Source: Octopus sinensis
Lineage: Eukaryota
Assembly: GCF_006345805.1 (NCBI RefSeq)
Contig: NC_042997.1
Coordinates: 172,484,001 to 172,548,000 of the forward strand
DNA length: 64,000 nucleotides
Direction of reading: 5' to 3'
Shown piece after piece: positions 1-13,676 of this stretch. The notes below the pieces were generated by a model. That model saw nothing but the letters and a program-made list of their open reading frames with translations. It was not told where the DNA came from and did no database searches. The translations under genes and the position numbers were made by a program. Position 1 is the stretch's first letter. Every line of letters starts with the position of its first letter.

Positions 1-12
1 TTGTTTCTGAAG

Positions 13-55
13 TCATACAAGTATGCAAGCTTATGATTGGAAAATAATGCTGCAA
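13..55 (+). CDS. Candidate coding exon, reads (x)HTSMQAYDWKIMLQ; 5' boundary uncertain at the window edge
   Basis: Consensus donor CAA|GTAAGT at 56; only one frame is open from 13; ends in phase 0, matching 6715-6767. Confidence 0.3.
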
Positions 56-651
56 GTAAGTAAATGTATTTGTATGGATTGACTGATTGTTACATATTTT
101 ACCAATCATGAGCATTGTGGTATGAGTTCATATTTTTATATCCGTGTTTGTATTGATGTGTGTCTTTATATATGTATTTATGACCTATATTGATATATAT
201 GTTTACGTATACCTCTATGTGTATATATATGTATATACAGATGTGTGTGTGTGTGTATATATATTATATACTTTTCTATGCATATGTATATACACGTTTG
301 CATGTGTGTATGTAGGTGTAATTGTATGGTTAAGAACTTTGGTTCCCAATCACTTGGTTTTGGATTCAGTCCCCAATGCAGAGCACCTAGGGCAAGTGCC
401 TTCCATATAAATCCATGCTCATCAAAACCTTGTGAGTGGAATTTGTCGACAAAAACTGAAGACGCCCATTGTACGTTTGTGCGTCTCCTAATCTTGACAA
501 AACGTTATATTTACTTCTGTATAAACATATCTGGCTTTGAAGAAATTACTTTACTTGAAAACAGGAAGGGTGACCAGCTATAAATGAATATGCTTCAGTA
601 AACTTTGTCTAACCCATGCAAGCCTGAAAAAGTGGATGTTAAATGACAAGG

Positions 652-715
<64 letters not shown>

Positions 716-1038
716 AAGTAGGAGGGGTTAGTTCATAGGTGATCTAAACGATTAGGTATGCTAGGTAAGTGCTGTAACGGATTACTGGAGCTCCAAGGTT
801 GTAGCCGAGGTCATCTTATTGATATATACCATTCTTATTTTTCCGTTTTTTTTTTTTTTACTTTTTTGTCTCTGATGATGGAATATTCCATACTCGAAGA
901 TATTCCAGAAACAGCTGTAAGATTTTGAATTTCTTCTTGTAATATTGCATATGACTTGAGATCTTTGCCTTGCCTTAATGTTTGACATCCTGTTTAACAA
1001 TTATACATATGTGTGTGTGTATATATATATGTATATAT

Positions 1039-2154
1039 ATGGAAAGGATAATCAATCGACAAACATCGGCCTGTAGACATTCATTTATATCTATTAATTG
1101 ATTACAATCATATGTATAATTGATCCAAATATACGAATGAAATAAGCAAATAAACAAGTAAATAAATAGATAAATAGATAAAAATAAACGAATAAGCATA
1201 AATGAGTAAACAAATGCTAAACCCTTATAGCTATTTCTACCATGGGGTTGCCCAATCTTCCAAGTTTTCCACATCACGCCACAATGTCTTACCCTCGTTA
1301 TTTCCCCCAGTAAAATTATAATACATTGTATCTCTCAGGACCTGTGAAAATTACTCCTGGGAGTGACTTTCTTTACCATAAAATGTAATCCCATGGATTA
1401 TGGAAATCACCTTGGAATTGACGTTTTTGACCATTCCTTACTATTTCTATTATTTTATTATTTTACGTTCCTCACATGTTAGATTCCTAACATTATGGTC
1501 CAACCCTCTTTTTTTTCTCTTTTACTTGTTTCAGTCATTTGACTGCGGCCATGCTGGAGCACCGCCTTTAGTCGAGCAAATCAACCCCAGGACTTATTCT
1601 TTGTAAGCCCAGTACTTATTCTATCGGTCTCTTTTGCCGAACCGCTAAGTGACGGGGATGTAGACACACCAGCATCGGTTGTCAAACAATGCTAGAGGGA
1701 CAAACACAGACACACAAACATATATATATATACAACAGGCTTCTTTCAGTTTCCGTCTACCAAATCCACTCACAAGGCTTTGGTTGGCCCGAGGCTATAG
1801 CAGAAGACACTTGCCCAAGATGCCATGCAGTGGGACTGAACCCGGGACCATGTGGTTGGTTAGCAAGCTACTTACCACACAGCCACTCCTCTCCAATGTT
1901 TGTCCAACTTTGTAAAATCCCTGTATATCACTGGCATGATGTGGAAAACTTGGCAGATTGGGCAACCCCATAGTGGAAACAGCCGTAAGAGTTTAGTATT
2001 TGTTCACTAATTTATTCTTATTTGTTTATTTATCTATTTATTTACTTATTTATTTGCTTAATTCATTGGTTTATTTGGATCACTTATACGTATGAGTTGT
2101 ACATATAATTGAATGTTAACCGGCTGATGTTTGTCAATTGTTTGTCCTCTCCAT
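1039..2154. repeat. Inverted repeat pair with arms of about 1039-1280 and 1933-2154
   Basis: ATGGGGTTGCCCAATC..CCAAGTTTTCCACATCA and the flanking (AAAT)n-rich sequence occur in both orientations. Confidence 0.85.
1517..1890 (-). mobile_element. tRNA-headed SINE family A, near full length
   Basis: On the minus strand: A-box-like GGCTGTGTGGTAAG, B-box-like GGTTCAGTCCC, TTGGGCAAGTGTCTT body, internal microsatellite and GTAAAAGAG tail; many near-identical copies in the window. Confidence 0.9.
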
Positions 2155-2341
2155 TTTCTTATTTGCCTTATAAATTCTGGGTAAATTTCTGTTTTACCCC
2201 TACCTGTACCTAGTATTCAATTGCGATATTGCCCTGCAATAGTAAGCAATTGGATATGAATATGTAGGTATACATCCAGTAGTATATTGGATATTTACTA
2301 TCCCTTAGATGGTTTATTAACCTCTAACTGATACACATATA

Positions 2342-2393
<52 letters not shown>

Positions 2394-2395
<2 letters not shown>

Positions 2396-2784
2396 CGCAG
2401 GAGTGGCTGTGTGGTAAGTAGCTTGCTAACCAACCACATGGTTCCGGGTTCAGTCCCACTGCGTGGCATCTTGGGCAAGTGTCTTCTACTATAGCCCCGG
2501 GCTGACCAATGCCTTGTGAGTGGATTTGGTAGACGGAAACTGAAAGAAGCCTGTCGTATATATGTATATATATATGTGTGTGCGTATGTGTTTGTCCCCC
2601 TAGCATTGCTTGACAACCGATGCTGGTGTGTTTACGTCCCCGTCATTTAGCGGTTCGGCAAAAGAGACCGATAGAATAAGTACTGGGCTTACAAAGAATA
2701 AGTCCCGGGGTCGATTTGCTCGACTAAAGGCGGTGCTCCAGCATGGTCGCAGTCAAATGACTGAAACAAGTAAAAGAGTAAAGA

Positions 2785-2785
<1 letters not shown>
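2394..2785 (+). mobile_element. SINE family A, full length
   Basis: Same head-body-(TA/TG)n-body-tail layout as 1517-1890; flanked by (TA)n on both sides. Confidence 0.92.
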
Positions 2786-2856
<71 letters not shown>

Positions 2857-3959
2857 ATATTAGCAGAATGCCTAGCATTGCCCAGGAGGGAAAGTGTCTA
2901 TAAATAATCCAGAATTGCTTTTAATGAAGGCAGGTTTTAATAGAACATTTCTAGATTCCTCTTGAAAGGTTAACTTTTATGTAAGACTGCTATAAATGTA
3001 TTGGAAAATACATTTATAGCAGTCTAGTGTCTTAACATGCTGGGTCTTGAATAGGTACTCAAAATTTATGGTATATTTTGTAATGCAATGGTGTAAATTA
3101 CATAAATCTAAACCAGAAATGTTAAGTAAATGTGAAAAGTTTTATTTCATATGAAACTTGTTATCTTTCATCATGTTTTAGTCATTGGAGGCACCACCTT
3201 GGGTTTTGTCAAACAAATTGACCTCAGTATTTATTTATCTATTCATCTCTTTTGCTAGACTGTCAATTTACAGGGACATAAGCAAACCAACAATGGTTGT
3301 CAAGGTATAGAAGGGGGACAAACAAACAAACACATACACACACACACACAAGTCTGATACAGTCCCTCAGCTTACCAGCTCTGGTCAAACTGTCCAACCT
3401 ATGCCAGCTTGGACAACAGACATTAACTGATGATGATAATGATAATATATGATGGGCTTCTTTCAGTTTCTGTTTATCAAATTCACTCAGAAAGTTTTGA
3501 TTGGCCCAGGGCTATATAGTTGGTAAAAGACACTTGCCCAAGATACCATGTAGTGGGACTGAACCCAATCCCACATGTTTGGGAAGCAAACTTCTTGACC
3601 ACACAGCCACATTTACACCTATTATTATGGAAGATAATATATTATTTTTCATTATTACATATTATCTTTTTGTCACATAAAAAAAAAAAGCATCCAGTCC
3701 CTCCTGTAAAGTGGTTGGTATTAGGAAGAGGCATCCACCTGTAAAAATCATGCCAAAACAGACAATGGAACTTGGTAGTTTCCTGGCTTGCCAACTCCTG
3801 TTAAACTTTCCAACCCATGCCAGTCAGTATAGAAGATGGATGTTAAATGGTGACAATGATGATTATCTTGTATTCTTTAATTCTCAGTACAATTTGAAAA
3901 AATGTGTAGAAACTGGGTGATAAGGAGGTAAATAACATGGAAATTAAGTCATTCTCTTA

Positions 3960-4660
3960 TAATTTGTAGACACCAGAATGCCCGAATGAGAGCCACTCAT
4001 CGAAATATTGGAAGTGCAATACATGCAGTTATAAAGAATGAATTGTATTCAGTTCCAGCCTATATGATATTAGATCCTTACCCATCATAGTCTTGGCATT
4101 TCTGAGCATTATAGTCCAGTACATTAGGATATTCAATGGTTTCTGGTTTTAGCAACATGAGTATAGCTACCAGAGACTGTGGGCTCTTCCAGCACTTGAG
4201 CACTTTATATAAAATTAGCTCTTCAAGATGCCCTCCAGCAACTATAAATGTTTTGTCCATGGGATCTATTGTTTGACAAAGCAAAGTTTATGTGTTCTAG
4301 AAATCAAAGTCTTCTAAATTGAATTGGTCTTCTCTTGGTTTGTGTGTGTGTGTGCGTGTAAACGAATGATTTGCTACTGGTCAGATACATGCCACTGCCC
4401 ACTCAAATATTTCTCTTAGTTCATTTTTGTTTAAATTATGCAAATCACTTAGGCCATAAATGTGTTCTGCTCTTTTTCGTATAAGTCTGAGTCCTTTGGC
4501 TACCAGAGATAAGGGCAGACAATTGTGCTGATGGTGACTAATTGCACCAGAAATATGTGTCCATGACTGTCTTCTTATTCTCCAGGAATTAAGCCTGTTC
4601 TTTTTCCTTAATGGCAAATCAACTTTAGAGAATCTTGAAACTATTTCCCCTTCTCAAGTG
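3960..4660 (-). pseudogene. Highly decayed R4/Dong-type non-LTR retrotransposon fragment
   Basis: Minus-strand peptides KGLRLIRKRAEHIYGLSDL (like GGRGL..I....I.GL..Y) and FIVAGGHL...KPETIEYPNVLDY (like HIVAGC..L...Y.P..VLEN). Confidence 0.45.
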
Positions 4661-5949
4661 GAGCAAGTTTTAATTCATCATCATCATCATCATTTAATGT
4701 CCATTGTCCATGCTGGCATGGGTTGGCATGCTGGAAGACTATGTCAGGCTCCAGTCCAATTTGGCCTGGTTTTCTACAGCTGAATGTCTTTTCTAACGCC
4801 AACCACTCCAAGAGTGTAATGGGTGCTTTTACATGCCACTGGTATGGGTGCTATTTGATTTAAACCAGTATCTGCCACGAATGCAATTTTACTTGGCTTG
4901 ATGGGTCTTCTTCTCAAGCACATCATAATGCCAAAGGTCTTGGTCATTGCCTCCGTGAGGCCCAGCACTCAAAAGGAACCCAGTCACTTCGCCTCCATGA
5001 GGCCTAATACTCGAAAGGAACTCAGCCACTTTGCCATTTGGTAATTGTGATAGATCCTCTAAAAGAGGAGATAATTCTAATAAATCAAGAATTTATTTTG
5101 TATGGTATTTGATATACCTGTATTTGTCAATGTTATTCAAATACATGCAACTGGCCACTTTGAGTTAATTCTCTAAGCTTGTTTTCATAAATATATATAT
5201 AATATATTTGTATGTGTGTGTATATGCAGAAGAATAAACAGAGTGGGCAAGAGAAAGCCTGGCACTTGTAAGAACAGAATTGTTGCAGTTCATTGCATGC
5301 TAACAACAAATCACTTGGTTTTGCTTTGAAAGCTGTCAAAATTTTGTACAGCTATCCTCCCACACTTTATTTCAATAATTACTATTCACCATCAACTCTG
5401 ATTTAAAGGTGCAAGATCATTGGACCTAGGTTCTTGAATTGAGACTTTGCTACAGCCATTATTATATGCCTTTAGACAACATGCATTAAGTTTGGTTACC
5501 TGTGTCTGATTTGCTGAGAAATAGGTTGGCTGAAATATATTTTCAATTGAGTGGTAGCCGTGTGTGTTGTGTGTGGAGGGATTTGGCTTAGTGGTTAGAG
5601 GTGTTGGACTCATGATCATAAGATTGTGGTTTCAATTCCTTGACCAAGTGATACATTGTATTCTTGAGAGCAAAACAGCAGCTCTCAAAAATAGCAGCTT
5701 ATACACCAGAAAATATGGTAGTCTTCTGGTCTTTTGATTGCTGGTGTCACACAGAAGTGCCAGTACCACATAAAAGCACTCAGTATACTCTGTAAAGTGG
5801 TTGGTGGTAGTAAGAGCATCCAGCTGTAGAAACCATACCAAAACAGACAAATTGGGTTTGGGCTGGTCAACTCCTGTCAAACCGTCCAACCCATGCCAGT
5901 ATGGAGAACAGACTTTAAAAGATTATGGTGGTGGCGGCGGTGGCAGTTT

Positions 5950-6000
<51 letters not shown>

Positions 6001-6714
6001 ATAATGTTTATATGTGCAGGGAAGTAGCAATACCCAGATTTGAGTTGTGTTTGGGCTCTCTGTAAAAATGGTAGAGGTTCTAGATCAAATCCTTACAGAC
6101 TTGTGGATATCCAAAAACTTGAGTATCCATTCTAAATACATTTGGCTGATTTGAATGTGAATCACTGTTGTTTTTGTTATCAGAGAACAGCTCCTCCCTT
6201 CAGATGATGTTTGTTTGTTCGTAGCACATTCAATTCTGATATCTTGCGTGTACACTGAATTACCGTTCTATGGAAATCTGTTCCATTCCAATTAAACTGT
6301 CTTAGAGATAGCTTATACATTACAGTCCCTGCAGTCTTTCTTTGCATATTTTGCAACTATTTTCAGCCTATTGATCTATTTCGTGTACAAACCTGGCAAC
6401 GTGCTGCACTTAATTCATCAAATATTTTCAACACATCATATCACGCTCAGTCAATTGCTCACTATTTTACTTAGCTCCCCCTGTCTCTACTAGCCATGCA
6501 TTTCTAACTCAACTACATATAACCCACTAGGTTTTTGTTTGCATTTTACTTAATAATTTTCCAGTTTATTTGTATAAATCTATTAAACTGGGTTGATTTA
6601 CCTTTTAGACCTACCTGTATTAAGTATTTCTATTTTTACTTTTTTTTTTTTTTCCTTATCATTTACATTGCATCATTTCTCAGGTCTTCCCATACCATCT
6701 CTCTTCAGTTTTAG

Positions 6715-6767
6715 GAAGCTGGAAGTGACGCTCCAAGAATCTTCCAAGCTGCATTTCCTCTAATCAG
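6715..6767 (+). CDS. Candidate coding exon, EAGSDAPRIFQAAFPLI(S)
   Basis: Acceptor ctctcttcagttttag|, donor CAG|GTATCT (weak); one open frame, phase 0 in and phase 2 out; lies in non-repetitive sequence. Confidence 0.35.
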
Positions 6768-7364
6768 GTATCTGCTAGCCCTACCCTCACCTTTCACTTT
6801 TGTTATTACTTTCTCTAAGGTCACATGAACTTAGCTTAACAGAGCCAGACTTTGCAAGTGTTTGAGTCCTCCCCCTGATGAGCTGGTCTTCCAGTGTAAT
6901 TTATTATTGATAGACTCAAGTCATAAATTACGTAAATCTGTATCTACGATACATAGAGTCCCTTATCTGATTGTATATAAGACATATTTTTCTCAAAAAT
7001 ATGCAAATCATATATATAAAGACAAAAAGAGGGAGAAAGAACAGTTAAAGCCAAACTCCAACATGTTGAATGACCATTTTTTTCTTTTTTTAAGATAAAA
7101 ATAAAATAAAAACAAACGGACTTTTCTCCTTGGTACGAAAATGATGTAAGGTGGGCGGAATAAATGAAGTCTATTTTATTAGTTACCGTGGTCAATACAA
7201 AACTAGTTTTGTGATTAATGTGAAAACCAAATAAATCAATTTTAAAAAAGGAATTTAATTTAGAAGCACATTTTCTGATCTTCAATTGTATATACCATAT
7301 TTTAAGAAAAAATATAATAGCTATAAAATATATTTACCTTCATATATATTTATCCACATCAATT

Positions 7365-7660
7365 CATACGCAGGTACATGGCTGAGTGATTGAGGTATTA
7401 CACTCACAACCACATGATAATGGTTTTGATTCCGAGCTTGGCTGTGTGTTGTGTTCTTGAAAAAGCACTTCATTTGATGTTGCTCCAGTCCACTCAGCTG
7501 TAAGCAGGTAGCCCTGTGAAGGGCCAGCATTCCATTCAAGGAGAAATGTTGGCCTGTTCATCTGCTTGCCTGCCTAACCAGCAGGTTGGCATCATTCAGA
7601 AACTACACTAATATGAGGAAGGGGATTGTGACCAGTGTGTCTCACAACAACTAATAGGTT
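7365..7660 (+). mobile_element. SINE family E (decayed); related heads near 5570-5680, 18865-19030, 50695-50830, 56140-56460, 60415-60570
   Basis: tRNA-like head followed by the shared TGTTCTTGAGCAAAGCACTTCATTTCA.GTTGCTCCAGTCCACTCAG motif. Confidence 0.65.
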
Positions 7661-8602
7661 GGGTGATACAGTAATACATACATATATATCTCGCTTGGTA
7701 ACAGGTGGAGGTTGGCGTCAGGAAGGGCATCCGGCCGTAGAAAGCTTGCCACACGCTTAGCGCTGCGTACATATATATATATATATATAAATTCGTGTGC
7801 ACACACACACATACAGATGGCCTGAGAATTTACTTTTACTAGCTTAAAAGCTGCATTCCATGCAGAGTTTTAACTTGGCTCCTGTGGACTGCTAATTGGG
7901 CCTGTGACCCAAAACTAAAGTGAGCAATAATAATGAAGCATTTATTGGTGGTATTACCTCAAATTCAGTTTAAATGAAAAACTTGTAACTTCACAAATTT
8001 TTGGAGTTCTTTTAAAATTTGAATAGATGTGTCTGTGTGTGTATGTATTGTGACTTTGTGTCTGTGTTTGTCTCCTACTACCACTTGATACTGTGTTTAT
8101 GTTCATGTAACTTAGCGGTTCGGTAAAAGAAGCCAATAAAAAATGCACCAGGCATAAAAAAGAAAGAACTGCTGTCAATTTGTTGGATTAAAATTCTTCC
8201 AGGCACTGCCCCAGCATGGCCACGGTCTGATGACTGAAAATGATAAAAGAACCACTAAATCCCTTAGTAAAACTTAAAGCTAAGGGAGGTAACTCTTTTA
8301 CCTCTCATGGTCGCTTTGCCTGCTAGAAATAGCAACCCAAATGCTTCTAAATCAGATCCCAATGCTGGGTGTTCAAGAGCCAAATCAAGGGCAGATTTTC
8401 AATCCTGGGATCATCCTAATTCCAAAAAGGTATAATGTATATGTAGATACAGGGGTCCCAGACAGACAGAATTTTCTTTTATTAATATAAGATGTTTTGC
8501 TTTCTGGCATGAAGTGCAATCATTCCAATGTAGCAGCAGTTTCACTCAAAATCTTTTCTTAATTGGTTGTCATTTGCTTTTCACCACCAAATTTTAGAAT
8601 CT

Positions 8603-8842
8603 CTCTCTCTTTTACTCTTTTACTTGTTTCAGTCATTTGACTGTGGCCATGCTGGAGCACTGCCTTTAGTCAAGCAAATCGACCCCGGGATTTATTCTTT
8701 GTAAGCCCAGTACTTATTCTATCGGTCTCTTTTGTCGAAGCGCTAAGTGACGGGGACGTAAACACACCAGCATCGGTTGTCAAGCAATGCTAGGGGAACA
8801 AACACAGACACACAAACATACACACACACAACATACACACAC

Positions 8843-8873
<31 letters not shown>

Positions 8874-9096
8874 TATATATAATATATATATATATATAAT
8901 ATATATATATATATATGTATGTACATATATACGACAGGCTTCTTTCAGTTTCCATCTACCAAATCCACTCACAAGGCATTGGTCGGCCCGGGGCTATAGC
9001 AGGAGACACTTGCCCAAGATGCCACGCAATGGGACTGAACCCGGAACCATGTGGTTGGTAAGCAAGCTACTTACCACACAGCCACTCCTGCGCCTA
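8603..9096 (-). mobile_element. SINE family A with expanded internal (CA)/(TACA)/(TA) tract
   Basis: High similarity to 2394-2785; the internal microsatellite spans about 8810-8930. Confidence 0.9.
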
Positions 9097-9843
9097 TCTT
9101 GGTTAGATATGGAATTGTGGTTAAAACACAGCCTGATCAAGGTGTGAGTTACTTTAGTCCATCTGTGGAACTAAATACTTCTGTCTCTGATAAATTCGTG
9201 TCCTTGAGCAGTCAATATAAGAAATAATTATCATGACAGCAACAAGACATTAATGTCAGCTTAATCAAAGAAAACAGATGTCATGCAGTGCAGACCTTCA
9301 CAACGTCTGCCAACTTAGGAAATGGATATAAGACATGACAATAATGATGATAGTCTAATAAGATAGTTCCTGATGGATGTGTAGGTTGCCTACCATCACT
9401 CTTGTTTATGAAGAAGCCTTAGGATAGGCTACTTAAGTAAACATATGAAAATTTAGTCAAACAAAGAAGCAATTCTATCTGTAATTTTATTTATGGTGAT
9501 CTTTGTTTTGACATTTTGAAACTTAATTGAAGAAAAGTAGACTGCTGCATGAAGCAGGTCAAGTAAACAAACCGATTAAAATCCTTTGTTTTGTTGAGGC
9601 TGGATCAGCCCTGATAGTGCAGTCCTATGATCAAAGACATTCAGCCTCTGACCATCCAGTGAAAAAAAAATTTTTTTCCTTTATTTAATTTTTTCAGGCT
9701 TTTGTTTTTTTATCCAATATGTAGATTTCTGTATTAGGATAGATATTATTGTTGATTACCATTTTTAACTATATTTGATCACTGTACAAAAAACAAAAAC
9801 AAACCCCAAACATTTCTGTGGAATCAGACTCTGATTTATAGGT

Positions 9844-10091
9844 TTAACCCTTTAGCATTCACATTTCTCTGTCAAACATAATGCTTCTTTCTTCTCATTG
9901 TTTTGAATTAATCTCATTGTTTTGAATTAATCATGCATTATCTGATAGCTTCAAGATTTCGAGGATGTGATTTGTTTCTTTTTAGGATGACATTGTAGGG
10001 TAGGTATGAGAGGCCAGATCTAGCTGGTTTGAACATAAACCAGGTAGAATATTTGTGCTGTATATGCCCAGTTTAAGCACTAAAGGGTTAA
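9844..10091. mobile_element. piggyBac-type MITE family P2; other copies 12748-12975, 13160-13317, 37569-37746, 44633-44846, 47470-47696, 58600-58819
   Basis: TTAA|CCCTTTAGC...CTAAAGGG|TTAA termini, TTAA TSD, conserved ~220-bp interior. Confidence 0.85.
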
Positions 10092-11112
10092 ACTGATTGT
10101 TTATGTCATCAGTACGAGGGAGCCTCTAACATGGTCATTTGACCTGTTAACAATAGAAGCCAAATCACTGTTGTGAAAGCTATACAGACCATGACTTCAC
10201 CCTTTAGATACCAACCTGGTTGAAACCACCTCTGGCTCTGTAGTACAAATGTCTTGTTTTCAAAAGTTCTGAAATAAAATCCTTAGTTACAATTTATGTT
10301 CCTAACACTAGCTTAATAATAACTAAGTTATTTTATTAAATTCTTTGTTATATTTAAAATTAATTGAAAGAAACAGAACATCTCAATAGAAATATGGTAA
10401 CAAAATGGTTAAACATTCATGAGTTTATTGCAAATTTGCTGTAATACTGTGCAGGCAAAATTTATAGCTCTGTGTTACTGATGAACATTACTTGTTGTCA
10501 TAGATTCTGTTTTATTTTTATGAAAATCTTCCTCTCATGATTTTAAAAAGATGGTAATAATAGTTTAATGTTCTTGTATAAATTTGCTTCTCAATTTACA
10601 CAATATATATTGTACCTCTCACTCTCTCATCATCAGTCATCATCTCCTTTAATGTCTACATTTCCATGCTTGTGTGGTTTAGAGGAATTTGTTGAGGTAG
10701 ACATTCCATAGGTGAATGCCATTCTTGTTGCCAAGCCTCACCTGTTTCCAAGTAATATTTTGTCATAACCAGGTATGTTTTTATAGAAGATTGGAAATAG
10801 GTACTGCATGATGGTGGCACTTGTTTACAACTATCACACAATGTCAAGACAAGCAGACATGAATACACACATGCACACAACAGGCTTCTTTCAGTTTTTG
10901 TCTACCAGACCCACTCACAAGTGGCTATTGTAGAAGACACAAGGTGTCATGCAATAGGACTAAACATTAAACCTGAAGATGTCCCCCCTTACATTCCTCT
11001 TCACTGAGCATTCCTAATCTTGTGGGTTCATGGCTGCTGGTGCTACATAAAATGTACTTGTACCAGTGCTGCATGAAAGCACCTGGTACACTCTGTAAAG
11101 TGGTTGGCATTA

Positions 11113-11339
11113 CGCGGCGAGCTGGCAGAAACGTTAGCACGCCGGGCGAAATGCGTAGCCGCATTTCGTCTGCTGCTATGTTCTGAGTTCAAATTCCGCC
11201 GAGGTCGACTTTGCCTTTCATCCTTTCGAAGTTGATAAATTAAATACCAGTTACGCACTGGGGTCGATGTAATCGACTGTCCTTGTCTGTCCTTGTTTGT
11301 CCCCTCTGTGTTTAGCCCCTTGTGGGTAGTAAAGAAATA
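11113..11339 (+). mobile_element. tRNA-headed SINE family B, young copy inserted in an RTE 3' end
   Basis: GGCGAGCTGGCAGAA head, GAGTTCAAATTCC B box and GCCTTTCATCCTTTCG body; TSD (G)GTTGGCATTA at 11102-11112 and 11340-11350; CpG-rich. Confidence 0.9.
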
Positions 11340-11993
11340 GGTTGGCATTAGGAAAGGTATCCAGCCATAGAAACCATGCCAAAACAGACATGGAACCTTG
11401 ACAGCCCTTCAGCTGGTTAGCTCCTGTCAAACCATCCAACCCATGCCAGCATGGAAAACGGATATTAAATGGTGGTGATGATGATGGTTGGGTGGCAAGC
11501 TTGTTAACCACATAACCCTTGCCTGTATCTCGTCTGTGTGTAAATGAAAATTCAGCAAACAAAAAAAAACAAGTTATATATATATATATATATGCTTATC
11601 AAATTTTTAGTGAAAATAGCTGCCAAGAATATGCCTCTTCTGAGATGTTGGCTTGTTTTTCGCTTGGAATTATTCTGTTGGTTTTCTTTCTCTTTCCCTC
11701 TTGTTGATGATGTTTTCTTAATATATCCACGTATATTAATGTTGATTGTAATTACTGGAAAATTATATAACTAATATAGATTGCTGGTGCCTGTATCAAT
11801 TTACGGTTTGGCTTCTTAATCAACTTCTGTATGACTTCATTAACACTGTCTTTACAATTAACTTATTTGTTTGTGATTTTCCAACAAAATTGAATCATAG
11901 CTTTCAATTCATACCTATGTTACAAGCCTTAGAGTTTCTTCTGTTGTGTGTATATATGTGTGTATATACATCTGTATGTATACATATGTATAT

Positions 11994-12027
<34 letters not shown>

Positions 12028-12160
12028 ATATATATATATATACTTTATTTAAAAGCAGCAGAAAATTCAACAAAACCTGTTACTCTGAGTTTCACGTTCC
12101 CGTTCGTCGGACAGTTTTTGCTAGAATTACTCTACCACTGGTATTTGAGTACTCTTTTCC

Positions 12161-12199
<39 letters not shown>

Positions 12200-13472
12200 T
12201 GTCATACATACACAGACACACGCATTATTTAAGTGAATTTCTTTTCATGTCAGGAACAATAGCTATAAAGACTTAGTGGCCATCATTGGGATATTCTTGC
12301 AGCAAGAACAAAAAGTTTCGAGTTCAAATCCAATGAGCATGTTTCTTTGCGTTTTTAGACAGGATATAGAAGCCTGTCAAGTGTGTGTGTGTGCACATGC
12401 ACATGAATGCATGCATGTCTGTTTGTATGTACCCTTGTCTTAATATCATGGTTGTAAACAAGCATTATCAGCACACAAGCAATATTGTTTGTTTCCAGTC
12501 TTCCACGAAAATCATGCCTGGCCATGGGGGAAAATATTGGAAACAGGAGATGGTTGGCAATAGGAAGGGCATTCAGCTGTTGAAAATCTGTCTCAACAAA
12601 TTCTATCTGACCCATGCAAGCATGGAAAAGTAGAAGTTATATGATTATGACAATGATATTCTGCTTTAGCATAGGGATTTTGATAAGCTTACCTTTGATA
12701 CATCGGTGTCTTATACAAAGGGAAAGATAGATTTATCTGTTATCTGCTTAACTCTTTAGTGTTTAAACCGGCCATATCCGGCCAAAATATTCTACCTATT
12801 TTATGTTCAAACTAGTCAGATATGGTCATTCATAGCTACCTTATTGTGTCATTTTAAAAATAAACAATCACATCATTGAAATCTCAAAGCCATGAAATAA
12901 TGCAAGATTAATTTTACATGGTGTGAATACATAAGCTTTATATTTGACAGAATAATCTGAATGCTAAAGGGTTAAAGCTACATATCTGAAACTAAGCACC
13001 TACTCTTTAGAATTTGCTTGGGGTTTAGGAAGCATTGTCTTGAGTTTGTGTTAGCCTGTCTAGCTTAGAAAGAGACTGTTCTTCTATCAGCTGTGAACCA
13101 TATACTTTTGGTGACTGCCATTCCAAATACAGTGTTGCTGCTGTCTTGTGATTTTGAGTTTAACCGGTTAGCATTTAAATGACCATATCCAGCACAAATT
13201 TTCTGTTTTATGCTCAAACTGACCAGATCTGGCTTTTTTCACCTACCCTACAGTAGCATTCTTAAAAACAGTTACATCAATGAAATCTCGAGGGTGTCAA
13301 ATAATGTTAAAGGTTAAGGGAGGAGAAAAGGATAGCAGCCTGTATGGCTCCAATTTTGAGTTGGATATTGGGCTATAGGATTATGTCTTATTAATAAACA
13401 TCTCCAACTCTGTGCAAGATTCACCTCCAGGGTTCTAACACAATAAGCACCTGGATAAAGTTGATATTTTAA

Positions 13473-13676
13473 AGGCGGCGAGCTGGCGCTGGGCGAAACG
13501 CTTAGCGGTATTTCATCTGCCGCTACATTCTGAGTTCAAATTCCGCTGAGGTCGACTTTGCCTTTCATCCTTTTGGGGTCGATTAAATAAGTACCAGTTA
13601 CGTACTGGGGTCGATATAATCGATTTGATCCGTTTGTCTTCTCTGTGTTTAGCCCCTTGTGGGTAGTAAAGAAATA
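13473..13676 (+). mobile_element. SINE family B
   Basis: Matches 11113-11339; 10-bp TSD GATATTTTAA at 13463-13472 and 13677-13686. Confidence 0.9.

Noticed and set aside
875-916. Exon MMEYSILEDIPETA with GTAAGA donor
   Set aside because: No AG acceptor next to the pyrimidine tract; it could only be a first exon, and nothing else supports that.
2394-2470. tRNA genes
   Set aside because: A/B-box-like heads run straight into SINE bodies and do not form complete cloverleaves.
12056-12140. CpG-containing open stretch between (TA)n tracts as an exon
   Set aside because: Weak acceptor and donor, two open frames, and phases do not fit between 6767 and 20670.
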